DNA of 64,000 nucleotides, taken from positions 120,220,001 through 120,284,000 of the forward strand of contig NC_058368.1 in the NCBI RefSeq assembly GCF_018350175.1. The letters are read 5' to 3'. Positions 1 through 12,991 of the stretch are shown piece by piece. Made by a program: the position numbers and the translations under genes. This DNA comes from Felis catus. Lineage: Eukaryota. Position 1 is the stretch's first letter. Each line of letters opens with the position of its first letter. The notes under the pieces are model-generated. The model searched no databases. It worked only from the letters and a program-made list of their open reading frames with translations, and was not told the DNA's origin.

Positions 1-773
1 GAAATTGGGTAGTGTCTCTTATTGATGAGGGGCCTATGGTCCAAAGGCCGAGTTCAGGGACAATAGGAATTAGAGAGTTCCTAAAGATACCTCATCGAAA
101 GAAGAGAAATGCAAAGGGTAAAAGAATCATATTCCAATCTACAATAGATGCCAAAGAAACCAAACTTTAATACTGGATATCAAAAGAATCTGAAACTTTA
201 AGCCAAAATATGAGTGGACCTGGGTCAAACCCTAAAGATCTAGAGGCAAAGACTGTAAGTGGATCAGTGACATGACATCTGGAAAATTGCCTCTGATTAG
301 AGGTCACCAAATACAACAGGACTTGGTATTATTTACACCCTCAACCTGGGGGTAACCCAGGGATCACCTGTAGTCAGAGTAAACTGATTTGGACAGACCG
401 TGAAAGCAAGCATTTTTCTGACTCTGAGTGCTAATGGGGAAGTTGAAAAGTGGTGGAAAGACTAGTAAATGCAGTTTGTAGACCTGGATTATATGACACT
501 AGGAAAGGCAATTAACCTCTGTGGGTTTAATTTATTAATTAGAATTTATGAAGGCTAGTTCTGTAACTTTTTCATGTGTTTTATGAGAACCAAATTGGAA
601 AACATAAGTATATGATAAAATGCTATTCACATGTCCAGTGTTATATTTTGCAATACCATAATCCAATGCAGATTGAACTGTAACTTTTATTTAGACATTA
701 CTACATTATTCTTGGAGTATTTTCTCAAAATATTTGAGAAACTCCCTGAGCTTTGGCTATGTCTTGCCTTTTT

Positions 774-1204
774 TTTTTAATATAAAATTTATTGTCAAAT
801 TGGTTTCCATACAACACCCAGTGCTTGTCCCAACAGGTGCCCTCCTCAATATCCATCACCCACCCTCCCCTCCCTCCCACTCCCCATCAGCCCTCAGTTT
901 GTTCTCAGTCTCTTATGTTTTGGCTCCCTCCCTCTCTAACTTTTTTTTTCCTTCCCCTCCCCCATGGGTTCCTGTTAAGTTTCTCAGGATCCACATAAGA
1001 TCCACATATGGTATCTGTCTTTCTCTGCATGACTTATTTCACTTAGCATAACACTCTCCAGTTGCATCCACGTTGCTACAAAAGGCCATATTTCATTCTT
1101 TCTCATTGCCAAGTAGTATTCCATTGTGTATATAAACCACAATTTCTTTATTCATTCATTGGACATTTAGGCTCTTTCCATAATTTGGCTACTGTTGAAA
1201 GTGC
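774..1204 (-). mobile_element. 5'-truncated young feline L1 (3' UTR plus end of ORF2)
   Basis: Poly(T) head followed by the feline L1 3'-end motif TTTATTGTCAAATTGGTTTCCATACAACACCCAGTGC; 14-bp TSD TGTCTTGCCTTTTT at 760-773 and 1205-1218. Confidence 0.92.
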
Positions 1205-2146
1205 TGTCTTGCCTTTTTAAAAACACTTGTACGATATAGCCTTTGCTCTCCTCTAACATACCCATCAAATGTTTGAAAAAATATTACAATTGGAACAGCC
1301 TTCTAGCAATTAGGGGTAATTAATGCATAAATGTATAATCAGAAAGGAGTATATATTTGATTTAAAAACAAGAGGGATATGAGCCCTTCCTGGATTTCAG
1401 GATCTTTCAGCATTTAGCCTCGTTCATTACGTCTCCTGGATTCCCACTATTCCCACAGATAGCCTCTCAGATGCCTCCTGGCTGTGCTTATGCAGGACCT
1501 CAAACTGCAAACTAGACCATATTTTCTGACATTTGCTTATGATTGCTCATGTGTTTCTTTACCTCACAGTGTTGCCATGAAGCTCAAGTAAGGGACTTAG
1601 GTGGACAGGCTTTGTAAGCCCTAAAATGCTGTTGAAATGCAAAAAGAAAGTTAAACGTTGGAAGATACAGGTTTAAGATCCATTCCTGACTGTGGAATTT
1701 AGGGAGGTCTTCTTACCTCTATGGATCTCACTCTCTTTCTTGGGAGGATGGAGCTCCTTGTTTCTTTCCTGTCACCCACAGAAATGTGAAAGGTACTTAT
1801 TCTCATTATATGATTTTTTTTTTTTTTTAGTTACTGTTTGGAGATAGCTATTTACTGTGAGTGTTGTTTATGTATTTACTGCTCTGATTTCATTCATTCA
1901 CCCATTTATTTGAGAAACATTTATTACTTGAAATTACTTAAATAAATAACATGGTTTTATTAAAAACATCCATTAAAATAATTCATATTATATAAAATGT
2001 AACTTTCAGTGGCATAAACTGTTACAGTGTATTCTTCAAATCATATTTAGTTGATAATCTAAACTTTGCCCCATTTTAATCCTATCAGATAATTACATGG
2101 CACTTGGCACCACATATACCTCTACAAATTTTAGCTTTTATTTTGA

Positions 2147-2366
2147 TTTTTTTGTTTTTTTCAACGTTTATTTATTTTTGGGACAGAGAGAGACAGAGCA
2201 TGAACGGGGGAGGGGCAGAGAGAGAGAGGGAGACACAGAATCGGAAACAGGCTCCAGGCTCTGAGCCATCAGCCCAGAGCCCGACGCGGGGCTCGAACTC
2301 ACGGACCGCGAGATCGTGACCTGGCTGAAGTCGGACGCTTAACCGACTGCGCCACCCAGGCGCCCC
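2147..2366 (-). mobile_element. Full-length young Can-SINE (SINEC_Fc type, tRNA-derived)
   Basis: Reverse complement starts GGGGCGCCTGGGTGGCGCAGTCGGTTAAGCG; (CT)n tract and A tail; CpGs intact; perfect 16-bp TSD TTAGCTTTTATTTTGA at 2131-2146 and 2367-2382. Confidence 0.97.
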
Positions 2367-2979
2367 TTAGCTTTTATTTTGAACGGAAGCACTCTTACTC
2401 ATTTTTCCCCAATGTATCTTTCATTCTTAGGGACGTTTCATAAATATATCAGGCATTTAATAATTATTATGATACCAACTTCATACATAGTTACTATTAT
2501 TAGGATTCTACTTTGAATACGTTGCTTTTCTTTTTTCAAAATCGTTTTAAGTTTCTTTCATTTTTTTCTTCTTCAAAAATAATTTTCACCTTGCTCAAGA
2601 TTGTCAGAAATACCTTGACTATGTGATCAAATACATTTTATATATGTATATCACATACATATATATGTGATAAATTCTTTGTGCAAGATTCATTGTCTTC
2701 CCTGCTTTGTTACCTTTTGTATCACTAAAGCCTACAGCCATTTATGATTTTGTGATATATACAAATAAGCAGGATGATATATATTTTTGAAAAAGCATAC
2801 TTCATTGTATAATCAGAATTAGTATTTTGGCTTATACAATCTTAAAAAAGGGTAGATATACTCAGGCCTTTAATTATTAAAAAGTAATAAACATTGATAT
2901 GTTTTAGATTAGTTAACATGAAAAATATTTTTACTAATAGTTCATTTTTCTGCTTATGAATGTGGCATTATCTCATGTG

Positions 2980-3010
<31 letters not shown>

Positions 3011-3199
3011 TGTCTTTATAAAAAGACAGTGCACTTTATTAGGACAAACATTACAATGTATTGTTAATATCCTCTGTTCCTGTCCAAAAGTAAACTTAAA
3101 GATTTCTTTATAACATCTCTTCTTAGAGTGTGGAACTGACATTGCCCTTGTGCTGAAAGTGTACAGATCACTGATGTGAGACCTGGTGGGAAATTTGCG

Positions 3200-5480
3200 T
3201 TGTTGTTTTAATTTACATCCAAGTTAGTTAGCATACAGTGCAACAATGATTTCAGGAGTAGATTCCTTAATTCCCTTTACCCATTTAGTCCATTCCCCCC
3301 TCCCACAACCCCTCCAGTAACCCTCTGTTTGTTCTCCATATTTAAGAGTCTCTTATGTTTTGTCCCCCTCCCTGTTTTTATATTACTTTTGCTTCCCTTC
3401 CCTTATGTTCCATCTGTTTTGTATCTTAAAGTCCTGATATGAGTGAAGTCGTGTGATATTTGTCTTTCTCTTACTGACTAATTTCACTTAGCATAATACC
3501 CTCCAGTTCCATCCACATAGTTGCAAATGGCAAGATTTCATTCTTTTTGATTGCCGAGTAATACTCCATTCTGTATATATACCAACTCTTCTTTATCCAT
3601 TCATCCATTTATGGACATTTGAGCTCTTTCCACACTTTGGCTATGTTGACAGTGCTGCTATAAGCATTGGGGTGCATGTGCCCCTTCGAAACAGCATCCT
3701 TGTATCCCTTGGATAAATACCTAGTAGTGCAATTGCTGGGTTGTAGGGTACTTCTGTTTTTAATTTTTTGAGGAACCTCCATACTGTTTTCTAGAGTGGG
3801 TGCACAGGTTTGCATTCCCGCCAGCAGTGCCATGCAAAAGAGATCCTTTTTCTCTGCATCCTCGCCAACATCTGTTGTTGCCTGAGTTGTTAATGTTAGC
3901 CATTCTGACAGGTGTGAGGTGGTATCTCATTGTGGTTTTGATTTGTATTTCCCTGATGATGAGTGATGTTGAGCATTTTTTCATGTGTCCGTTGGCCATC
4001 TGGATATCTTCTTTGGAGAAGTGTCTATTCATGTCTTTTGCCCATTTCTTCACTGGATTATTTGTTTTTTGGGTATTGAGTTTGATAAGTTCTTTATAGA
4101 TTTTGGATACTAACCCTTTATCTGATATGTCAGTTGCAAATATCTTCTCCCATTCTGTCAGTTGTCTTTTAGTTTGGCTGATTGTTTCCTTCACTGTGCA
4201 GAAGCTTTTTATTTTGATGAAGTCCCGGTAGTTCATTTTTGCTTTTGTTTACCTTGCCTCCAGAGATGTGTTGAGTAAGAAGTTGCTGTGAGCAAGATCA
4301 AAGAGGTTTTTGCCTGCTTTCTCCCCAAGGATTTTGATGGCTTCCTGTCTTACATTGAGGTCTTTCATCCATTTTGCGTTTCTTTTTGTGTATGGTGTAA
4401 GAAAGTGGTCCAGGTTCATTCTTCTGCATGTTGCTGTCCAGTTTTCCCAGCACCACTTGCTGAAGAAACTGTCTTTATTCCATTGGATATTCTTTCCTCC
4501 TTTGTCAAAGATTAGTTGGCCATATGTTTGTGGGTTCATTTCTGGGTTCTGTATTCTGTTCCATTGATCTGAGTGTCTGTTCTTGTGCCAGTACCATACT
4601 GTCTTGATGATTACAGCTTTGTTGTGTAGCTTGAAGTCTGGGATTGTGATGCCTCCTGCTTTGGTTTTCTTTTTCAAGATTGCTTTGGCTATTCAGGGTC
4701 TTTTCTGGTTCCATACAAATTTTAGGATTATTTGTTCTAGCTCTGTGAAGAATGCTGGTGTTACTTTGATAGGGGTTGCATTGAATATGTAGATTGCTTT
4801 GGGTATTATTGACATTTTAGCAATATTCGTTCTTCTATCCAGGAGAATGGAATCTTTTTCCATTTTTTAGTGTCTTCTTCAATCGCTTTCATAAGCTTTC
4901 TATAGTTTTCAGTGTATAGATTTTTCACCTCTTTGATTAGATTTATTCCTAGGTATTTTATGGTTTTTGATGCAATTGTAAATGGGATCAATTCCTTGAT
5001 TTCACTTTCTGCTGCTTCATTATTGGTGTATAGTAATGCAATTGATTTCTGTGCCTTGATTTTATATCCTGCAACTTTGCTGAATTTATGTCAGTCCTAA
5101 AAATTTTTTGGTGGACACTTTTGGGTTTTCCTTACAGAGTATCTTATCATCTGGGAGGAGTGAAAGTTTGACCTCCTGGCTGATTTGGATGCCTTTTATT
5201 TCTTTGTGTTGTCTGATTGCTGAGGCTAAGACTTCCAATACTGTGTTGAATAACAGTGGCAAGACTGGACATCCCTGTCTTGCTCCTGACCATAGGGGGA
5301 AAGCTCTCAGTTTTTCCCCATTGAGGATGATATTAGTGTTGGGTCTTTCAATATAGCTTTTATGATCTCCAGGTATGATCCTTCTATACCATCCCTACTT
5401 TCTCGAGGGTTTTCATCAAGAAAGGATGCTGTATTTTGTCAATGCTTTCTCTGCATCTATTGAGAGGATCATGTGGTTCT
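3200..5480 (-). mobile_element. 5'-truncated carnivore L1 with frameshifted ORF2 (RT C-terminal half and cysteine-rich domain) and 3' UTR
   Basis: Minus ORFs 3760-4236, 4249-4677 and 4806-4991 give typical L1 ORF2 peptides ([52 protein letters not shown]); carnivore L1 3' UTR at 3200-3430; no TSD found. Confidence 0.96.
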
Positions 5481-6838
5481 ATCTAATGTATTCTTGAAAG
5501 AATATCACAAGTAGCCATAATCTACCTTAACTTTATTACTTGATTAGTCATGGTTTTATTATTTGAACTCTGACTATTGAGAAAGCTGCAGCCCCATCTG
5601 CTAAAGGATAGTGTCTATTCCCCAAGGAACAGATATAAATAATATATAGTAATAGCATACTGTCATCTTCTATGTCTTTAGCTACTAAGTCATGATAAAT
5701 CATCCAAACCCACCCTTATCTGTTTGCCCTCATCTAATATATGACATAAAGATTTATTTGATGTAGTTTTGATTTATAGAATAGCAGTCGTTCCAGCACA
5801 CAGAAGGACAATGGATACTTTTTTACTGTGCAGCTGATTTTTTGAAGGCATTGGGAAGCACTTGCCCTTCCTCTCCCTTGGATTTCTTTAGTTCACAGTC
5901 ACGTCGAATTAATAACTGAAAAAACAAAACTAAAGAAAAACTCCTTCCGTTTTTAGCAGATATTATATTACTTCATTTTATACAGAAACCCAGCAGAATA
6001 ATTACCCAAGTCCATTCTACTTTTAGTACTGGGAAAACCCCAGGTGGCAGAATTGATAGATACCTTTAATACTAAAATCAGTTAACCCACAAATCTTTAT
6101 TGATTTCAATGGCTACTAAGTGCTGTGTGGGATTCCTAAGAAAGACAGCACCTCATCTCTGACACTTAGAAAGTCTTTGGAGAACTAAGACCAGCACATG
6201 TGAAACAAATTAGTGAAGTATATTTCCTTAACTGTCTTTCTGAATCTGAAAATGTTTTAAATTGGGTTTTTTTGGTCCATCTTGATCAGTCATGAAGATA
6301 GATAAATATATAAATTTCTAATCTTTATCTCCACTTACAGTATCTGTCTGTCTGTCTGTGTATAATGTTGGGTTAGCAATGAGCTAGGTCATGGAGATGA
6401 CCCTTGCACAATTTCACTCTTGGATCTTCCTTAGATATACACACCTCATTCCAACCATGACAAAATTTGTTCATATTCCGGCCATACACAATACTCTCTC
6501 AGGCCTTTGAACTTTTACACAGTGTCATTTCTAAGTGAAATACACTGCCTTTGCCAAATTTTCTTGACAATTCCGACATCTTATTTATTAGATCTCCAAA
6601 TTTAAACATTCTTCTAGGTGGCACATCCTTATACCTGCAAGCTAGTGGACTAATAGTAAAGTTTAATCCACAAACAAGGAATCCTAGAAATAAGCATTAC
6701 ATCAAATAATGTTTATTATATTCTATTTTTAATCCCTAGCCTGAAATGAAAATGACAGTTTTCTGTCAATTTGACTCCTCTCCCTTTCTTTGAAGGGGAT
6801 TTCATCATTATCATTATCATTATCATCATGGAACACAT

Positions 6839-6975
6839 TGTTAATCCTCATAGCAACCCTGGAGATAGATACTATCTGTATTTTACAGATGAGAAATACC
6901 AATTACAGAGAGTTAAATAGTTTTCATAGTTAGTTTGCAAACCTACACACTGAATTTGGAGACTGCATTTAAGCA
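6839..6975 (-). mobile_element. MIR SINE fragment
   Basis: MIR core TTAATCCTCATAGCAACCCT...ATTTTACAGATGAGAAA. Confidence 0.75.
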
Positions 6976-8066
6976 CTCTGTTACACTGTGCATTGCCAAG
7001 GCATCAGTGTAGCAGGGTGGTATGCAACTGATACTTAATGTTATCTGCCTCTATAGATAGTCACCATGTCATCTAGCATGACATCTGGTTCTAGGTCAAT
7101 CACCTTTATAAGTCTCCAAGGAGATATCTCTCATTATCTTTTAAATGTTCTTTTTAAGTGATCTTTCTTTTCTCTTTCCATGCTTTTATTGGGCATCCAG
7201 GAATATGTCTGCTTCAGCATCATAGTAGATCGAAGAGATTGCTCTGAATCTGTCTACCATTAAGCCTGTCCAGAACCAATGAAGAGTCATGTCCTCCCTT
7301 GTGGATCTAGTTGGGCTCTACCCAGGAAGCAAAGAACTGCTCCTGGATCCAACACATTCAACCTAGTATTTTGTCCTATGAATTAGTTCATAAGGTATCT
7401 CTGTCTGTGGCTACGTGATATCTACTTGTTTATGAATTTCCCCACGCTCATTTTTCTTTTCCTACATCTAAGGAATCATTTTCTTGTCTGGCAGGAGGAG
7501 GCCTTACTCTTAGTCATGATGCTTTCTTCTGAATCATTTTTATGGACCAGGAGTCCTTTCTCCTTTCTCAGGGCCTGGGAATAGGAAGTTGGCCACATCC
7601 AGGATAGTATCATCCACTGAGTTGTATTCCTCTACTATTAGATTTCAAAGCAGCCTTATAGCCTTGCCCCATAACAAGTTTCATGCTTTATTTTAGGTAC
7701 TATGCTGCCCATGTGTTAAGCTCTCTGAAGGCAGAGAATGTCCCTTTATTTTCACTACTTGATAGGTGGTAAGCTCTTCTTTGAAAATTGATGGATAAAT
7801 CAATAAATTATCTAATTGGGCCACTGTGGAAGGCTTTTAGCCTAGCTTAATAGAAGATCATTCTATGACTTAAAAAAAAAAAAAAACAAAGGACCTATTT
7901 TGAATTGAATGGGCTAATTCAACTTATAGTCCTAGACTTAGTCTCTGGTTTTGGTCTCTGTTTTTTATTGGGGGCAGGGCATTTCTTTTCCTTCTAAAGG
8001 ACATCCAGTGGAATGGAGTAAGAAACTCTACATATCAATGTGGTTGTGAGAACTACAGAAAGTCTT

Positions 8067-8267
8067 TTTTTTTAATTTTTAAATTTTTTTTACATTTATT
8101 TATTTATTTTTGAGAGATAGACACAGCGTGAGCAGGGGAGGGGCAGAGAGAGAGAGAGAGGGAGACACAGAATCTGAAGCAGGCTCCAGGCTCCAAGCTG
8201 TCAGCACAGAGCCTGACGCGGGGCTTGAACCCACGAACCATGAGATCATGACCTGAGCCGAAGTTGG
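8067..8267 (-). mobile_element. 5'-truncated Can-SINE
   Basis: SINEC body ending at GCCGAAGTTGG (first ~30 nt missing); 7-bp TSD AAGTCTT at 8060-8066 and 8268-8274. Confidence 0.92.
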
Positions 8268-8299
8268 AAGTCTTGACATAAACACTGTATTTAAATTCC

Positions 8300-8897
8300 T
8301 GTGCTGGGAGACTTGCTCAGACTTAATGTGGCTTCAGGCATTCTAAGATCACATCGCTGGGACAACCTTGCCTCCTTTTCAGTTTCTGTCTGGAAAAACT
8401 CAGGGCTGGCAAAAGAATTTACTATTTGTTATAGCCAATTCTGGATGACAGGCTCCTGACCTCCCTTTTTCAGGCATTGACTAAAAAGGACTTGTAATTG
8501 TGAGTTCTTTTCTCTCTCCCTTTGTATGTATCCTCTACAACTTAGAAGGGTCTTTTTCCAAGACCTGAAAGCCATTCCCGTGAAATGTAATCATCAGGAA
8601 GGAGATGTCGTCTCTGCCTTTCAATCTCTGTGGGAGCATAGAAAGCTAACGTTCATAACTGCCAGCAAGCAGATGCACTGGCCTAATCACATCGACACTG
8701 ACCAACCCTTTATAATTTTCCACTTGAGTCCTCACTTGCTCCCCTCCTCTCACCTTCATTCTTCCTTTAAAATGCCCGGTCACCTCTACGCAAGTCAAAT
8801 CGAATGAAGCTCAGCTCTTTCTCCTGCTGTCAGTAGTTCTTGAGTAAAATCTGTTTCTATGACTTCATCTAACAGCTGGCTTTGTTTATCTTTGACA
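8300..8897 (+). mobile_element. Old solo LTR, ERV1 class (MER34/MER89-like)
   Basis: TG...CA ends; TGAAATGTAATCATCAGGAAG motif, TTTAAAA TATA-like box, AGTAAA poly(A)-like signal, terminal TTTATCTTTGACA; left edge and family uncertain, no clean TSD. Confidence 0.65.
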
Positions 8898-9189
8898 GTT
8901 ACCACATATACACGTGTTTATTGTGTAATGAGTAAAGGTTTTGATGTTCAGGAGTATAGAGAAGTTATAAGACAGCGTTCACACAGTGATAGAACTGGAG
9001 CGTCAGTTTTAAAGAGGAGTTGGGAAACTTATCATATTGGAAATATTCCTACAGCTTCTACCCTATGTGGCTTTGTGATATTTGCATCCCCGGAAGCACA
9101 GAATATACACAGAAAAATAATTGGCTGAGCATGTGCTAGGATGACTGCTTTTATGTGAACTCCTGATTCCACAGTAATATCAATGATAG

Positions 9190-9380
9190 CTAGCATTTAT
9201 GGATTGCTTACTCAGTTATATCCCAGGCACTGTGCTAAAACAGGACATGCATGATCTCATTTAATCCTCCTAAGAACCCCACAATGGAGGTATAGCTTTC
9301 CCAAAGTCATAGAGTTAGTAAGAAACTAAGCCAGTACTGAAACCAACCCTTGACCTCAAATCCCATGTAGTTAATCACCA
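9190..9380 (-). mobile_element. MIR fragment with internal deletion
   Basis: CCAGGCACTGTGCTAA...ATCTCATTTAATCCTC...CCCAAAGTCATAGAGTTAGTAA. Confidence 0.7.
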
Positions 9381-10025
9381 AGCCTTGCTGGCTCCGCTGT
9401 ATCACTGAAAAAAAAAATACACAAGTACACAAATCATAATAGTTCAAGGATAGTGTATGGTACATATCATAAATATAAGCAGAAAAGATAGCACTTGCCT
9501 AGGGAATTTTTAATAATCATGAAATTAATGAAGGGGCATTAATTAACACTCTTTTTATCACCCTTTTCATAAATGCAGAAAACCTCACAATTTTTCTGGA
9601 GAATCTGAGCTTTCATTTCAGGAATGCACTTAATTATCTCTGTGTCCTATCAACTATTGCCTGACATTTTATATACTTAATTTCCTCTCTTTTCTTTCCC
9701 TTTGTGTTTCTTCTCCTGAATTGTTTTCCTAGACTTGAGTAAATTTGCTAGCTGACTTTCAGCAGAGTCCACCATTCAAGAGAGAAAGAGAGGTAGATAA
9801 TAAAGTAACCTTGAGTTGGGATGTTATAGTGATGCAGACAGCCTCAGATATGGCTTCGGCTGGATGGATTCATCGCTCTGAGTGAGCCCTGAGCCCTGGG
9901 AATCATTATCTTTATTCTCTCTTGACATTAACTGAAGAAAAATCTAAGTCAGACACTGCTTCTTAATCATTCAGTGTCAAGAAGTGTTACAATCACTAAA
10001 CGTTTCTTTTATTACTAGTGTTCCT

Positions 10026-10070
10026 AAAAAAAAAAAAGAAGAAGAAGACGACGACGACGACGACGACGAC
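10026..10070. repeat. Compound microsatellite (A)12(GAA)3(GAC)8
   Basis: Read directly. Confidence 0.97.
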
Positions 10071-10126
10071 AACTCAGGGAGACTTTGTCTCTTATCCACA
10101 TCTGGCACATTGAAATGCGTGATTTT

Positions 10127-10359
10127 CTTTTCTTTTTTTTTTTTTTTAATTTTTTTCAACGTTTATTTATTTTTGGGACAGAGAGAGACAGAGCATGAAC
10201 GGGGGAGGGGCAGAGAGAGAGGGAGACACAGAATCAGAAACAGGCTCCAGGCTCTGAGCCATCAGCCCAGAGCCCGACGCGGGGCTCAAACTCACGGACC
10301 GCGAGATCGTGACCTGGCTGAAGTCAGACGCTTAACCGACTGCGCCACCCAGGCGCCCC
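10127..10359 (-). mobile_element. Full-length young Can-SINE
   Basis: Near-identical to 2147-2366; 17-bp TSD TTGAAATG[C/A]GTGATTTT at 10110-10126 and 10360-10376. Confidence 0.97.
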
Positions 10360-10837
10360 TTGAAATGAGTGATTTTTAAAAGCACTTTTCAAGTCCCTTG
10401 GCCTTCTGACCTGGACAAAGATATGCCAGGCTCCATTTCCTTAGAGATTCAGTGGCTTTGTCCATGCAGCCAAACCACTAACTGGTCCATCCTGCTTCAG
10501 AGATCATTTAAAAAAATTTTGAATAAACATCTACTAATATCAACATGAGTGAACAGAACATTCTGGAATATGAGCTAGATTCTGGACTTGGGCTCTATAC
10601 CTTTGTAAAGGTGCTTTATTGCCCCAATGATAGAGTGATATGTCAGGGTATTGTCAAAGTAAGGATGAAGAGACTATTTTCTATAAATTCATGTCTGCAT
10701 TAATTGTCAAAGAATGATGTAGTATACATATAACTCAAAAGGGTCTTAGGAAATTCTCTACTCAGTAAGGAGGGGTGAGGAAAAGCTAGATATTTCAGTC
10801 AGATGTAATTCAGGTGAAAGTCATTGGAGGAGAGTAT

Positions 10838-10965
10838 TTAACTCTTCTGAGCCTTAGTTTTCAATCTATAAAATGGCAATAAGTGTTCTTACAATATGAT
10901 TGTATTAAATTAGGTAACATTCAGCACAATACCTGGTATCTGGTAATGGTCAAATACTTTTAGCT
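10838..10965 (+). mobile_element. MIR fragment
   Basis: CTGAGCCTTAGTTTTCAATCTATAAAATGG...AGCACAATACCTGG. Confidence 0.65.
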
Positions 10966-11015
10966 AACTGCTTCAGTATTATCATCATCCTCATCCTCAT
11001 TACCATCATTTTCAC

Positions 11016-11197
11016 CAGGGCTCACCAAACTAAAGCCAGCTGCCCAAGTCTGGTCTGTGACTTATTTTTGTAAATAAAACTTTATTGGAACATGGTACAA
11101 CCAATTGATAACATATTGCCTATTGTTGTTTTTGCTCTATGATAGCAGAGATGAATAGTTGTAATAGAGACTTTACAGGAAAAATCTGGTGTCCCTG
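11016..11197 (+). mobile_element. MER58A-like hAT-Charlie non-autonomous DNA transposon with internal deletion
   Basis: CAGGG...CCCTG termini; TTTTTGTAAATAAAACTTTATTGGAACA and GCAGAGATGAATAGTTGTAATAGAGAC match the MER58A consensus as recalled. Confidence 0.85.
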
Positions 11198-11439
11198 ATT
11201 ATGGGTGCTGAAGCTCTTGGAATATGATGGAAGATATCAAAAGCAAACTCTGGTTCCTACCCCATCCTTGTCATGTTCTAGTTTTGCATATGATTGTATT
11301 ATTTAAAAAAATGAGGAAAACAGGTCTGAAGTTGAGCAAACTAGACTGCTGACAATTTTTTTTTAATTTTTTTCCTGAAAGGGAGGGACTAGCTCCTTCG
11401 AGTTGGTAGATTGGGGCAAGAAGAAAGGGTAGAAGGATA

Positions 11440-11800
11440 CATCAGATAGCACTTCCCTGGTGTAGAAACATTAGCAGGAAATGATATGGGCGTCTGTGGA
11501 ACCATTCAGCTGATAGAGCATCTAGAATGGAGTTGGGAGCACAGAGTTGAAAGACGAGATTAGGCAGCTGAATGACAGCCAAGTCATGCCTGCTATTGGA
11601 TATTATCTTAAGGAGCCCCTGGACTTTAACTTGTAGGAAATGGGGAATTTCAAAGGGCAGAAAACAAAACTGACATTGTCAGTTATTTTTTTGGTTTCAT
11701 TCACTTGATGTAGGTAATGAAAAAATAATTAACAGATAATGAAATGGAGGCCAGGAGAAGAGCTGGGAAGTGATATTGGTGGTACAGATAACATGTTAAG
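11440..11800 (-). mobile_element. L2 fragment
   Basis: GGACTTTAACTTGTAGGAAATGGGGAA...TGGAGGCCAGGAGAAG resembles antisense L2. Confidence 0.55.
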
Positions 11801-12049
11801 TAGTCAAGTATTGTCAGGACTAGAACACTTTGGGAAATTCAGGCTGACTAGAAAGTCAATATGCATTTTTTTTTCTGGATTTTGAATTCATTTCTCTTTA
11901 ATTTATGCAAATCTAAATCAAGACTGCTACCATGTCTTGTGAAGAATGGATTAATGAAGGACTAGAACATGCTCTTTGCAATGGGAAAAGGAGTATCCAC
12001 ATACAATTCCATGAATGCCAGGCTCATGGTGGTATCAGTACTGTTAGTC

Positions 12050-12225
12050 TTTATTCATTGAATGCTAAACTGTGAGCCAGCAATTTCATAGGCATTAGTT
12101 CCTACATACAATAACCATTTCTATTGTACAATTAAGAGCACTGATGCTTAGGGAGGTGGAGTAATGTGCCCAAAGTTACATGGGCAGTAAATGGCATAGC
12201 TTGGGTTTGGAAACAAATCTTGTCT
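12050..12225 (-). mobile_element. MIR fragment
   Basis: ACTGATGCTTAGGGAGGTGGAGTAATGTGCCCAAAGTTACATGGGCAGTAAATGGCA. Confidence 0.65.
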
Positions 12226-12272
12226 CTCTTCCATAAAATGTATGATTCGTGAGTGCAGAATACTTTATCTTC

Positions 12273-12307
12273 TTTTTTTTAAAAAATAAATTTAATGTTT
12301 ATTTATT

Positions 12308-12342
<35 letters not shown>

Positions 12343-12510
12343 GTGCGAGCAGGGGAAGGGCAGAGAGGGAGACACAGAATCCGAAGCAGGATCCAGGCTC
12401 TGAGCTGTCAGCATAGAGCCCGATGTGGGGCCCCAACCCACAAACTCCGAGATCATGACCTGAGCTGAAGTCAGATGCCTAATCAACTGAGCCACCCACC
12501 CAGGTGCCGC
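12273..12510 (-). mobile_element. Can-SINE whose distal CT tract is replaced by (TG)15
   Basis: SINEC body; (CA)15 at 12311-12340 on the plus strand. Confidence 0.93.
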
Positions 12511-12824
12511 TGTCTTCTTCTGTTTTTAAAATGATGGCTATACAGTAAACATTCAGTAAATACTTAATAAGTGATGAATGAAAATTTTTATGAATAATTT
12601 GGAATTTCATGCCTATAACCTTCCATGATATAGTACCTCCTCACTATTATAAAATTTTGGCAGTGTTCATTAATTGATCAAAAAAGATCCAGATAATTTT
12701 TCTATGCCTAAAGTTGTGTCAGAGATGACTCAGTTTATTTGAAAAATATTTAAGTCCCTTTCTTCTATTAGCTTAATATACTCATAAAGTACATTTTATA
12801 GGTGATCAACAAGTTTAGCATGCA

Positions 12825-12960
12825 TCATCTGATTTAATCTTTGTGACAACCTTATAAAGTATTTTTTCTATTTTACAGATGAAACACTGTGTTTGAGAAC
12901 AGTTACATACCCAAAGTTACACAGCTAAAAATCCAGGTCTTCATGCATGTTCTTTCCACT
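12825..12960 (-). mobile_element. MIR fragment
   Basis: ATTTAATCTTTGTGACAACCTTA...ATTTTACAGATGAAACACTG...CCCAAAGTTACACAGCTA. Confidence 0.75.
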
Positions 12961-12991
12961 CTATCAGTGGACTATCCACTCTTTCTACTTA

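Noticed and set aside
2147..2366. tRNA genes suggested by A/B-box motifs here and in other SINE heads
   Set aside because: They are the tRNA-derived heads of Can-SINEs, with CT tracts, tails and TSDs
3760..4677. Longest ORFs in the window (158 and 142 aa) as host genes
   Set aside because: They are frameshifted pieces of L1 ORF2 in a 5'-truncated element
9984..10379. 131-aa ORF with a K/E/D acidic tract
   Set aside because: Made of the A/GAA/GAC microsatellite plus antisense SINE read-through; GTG start
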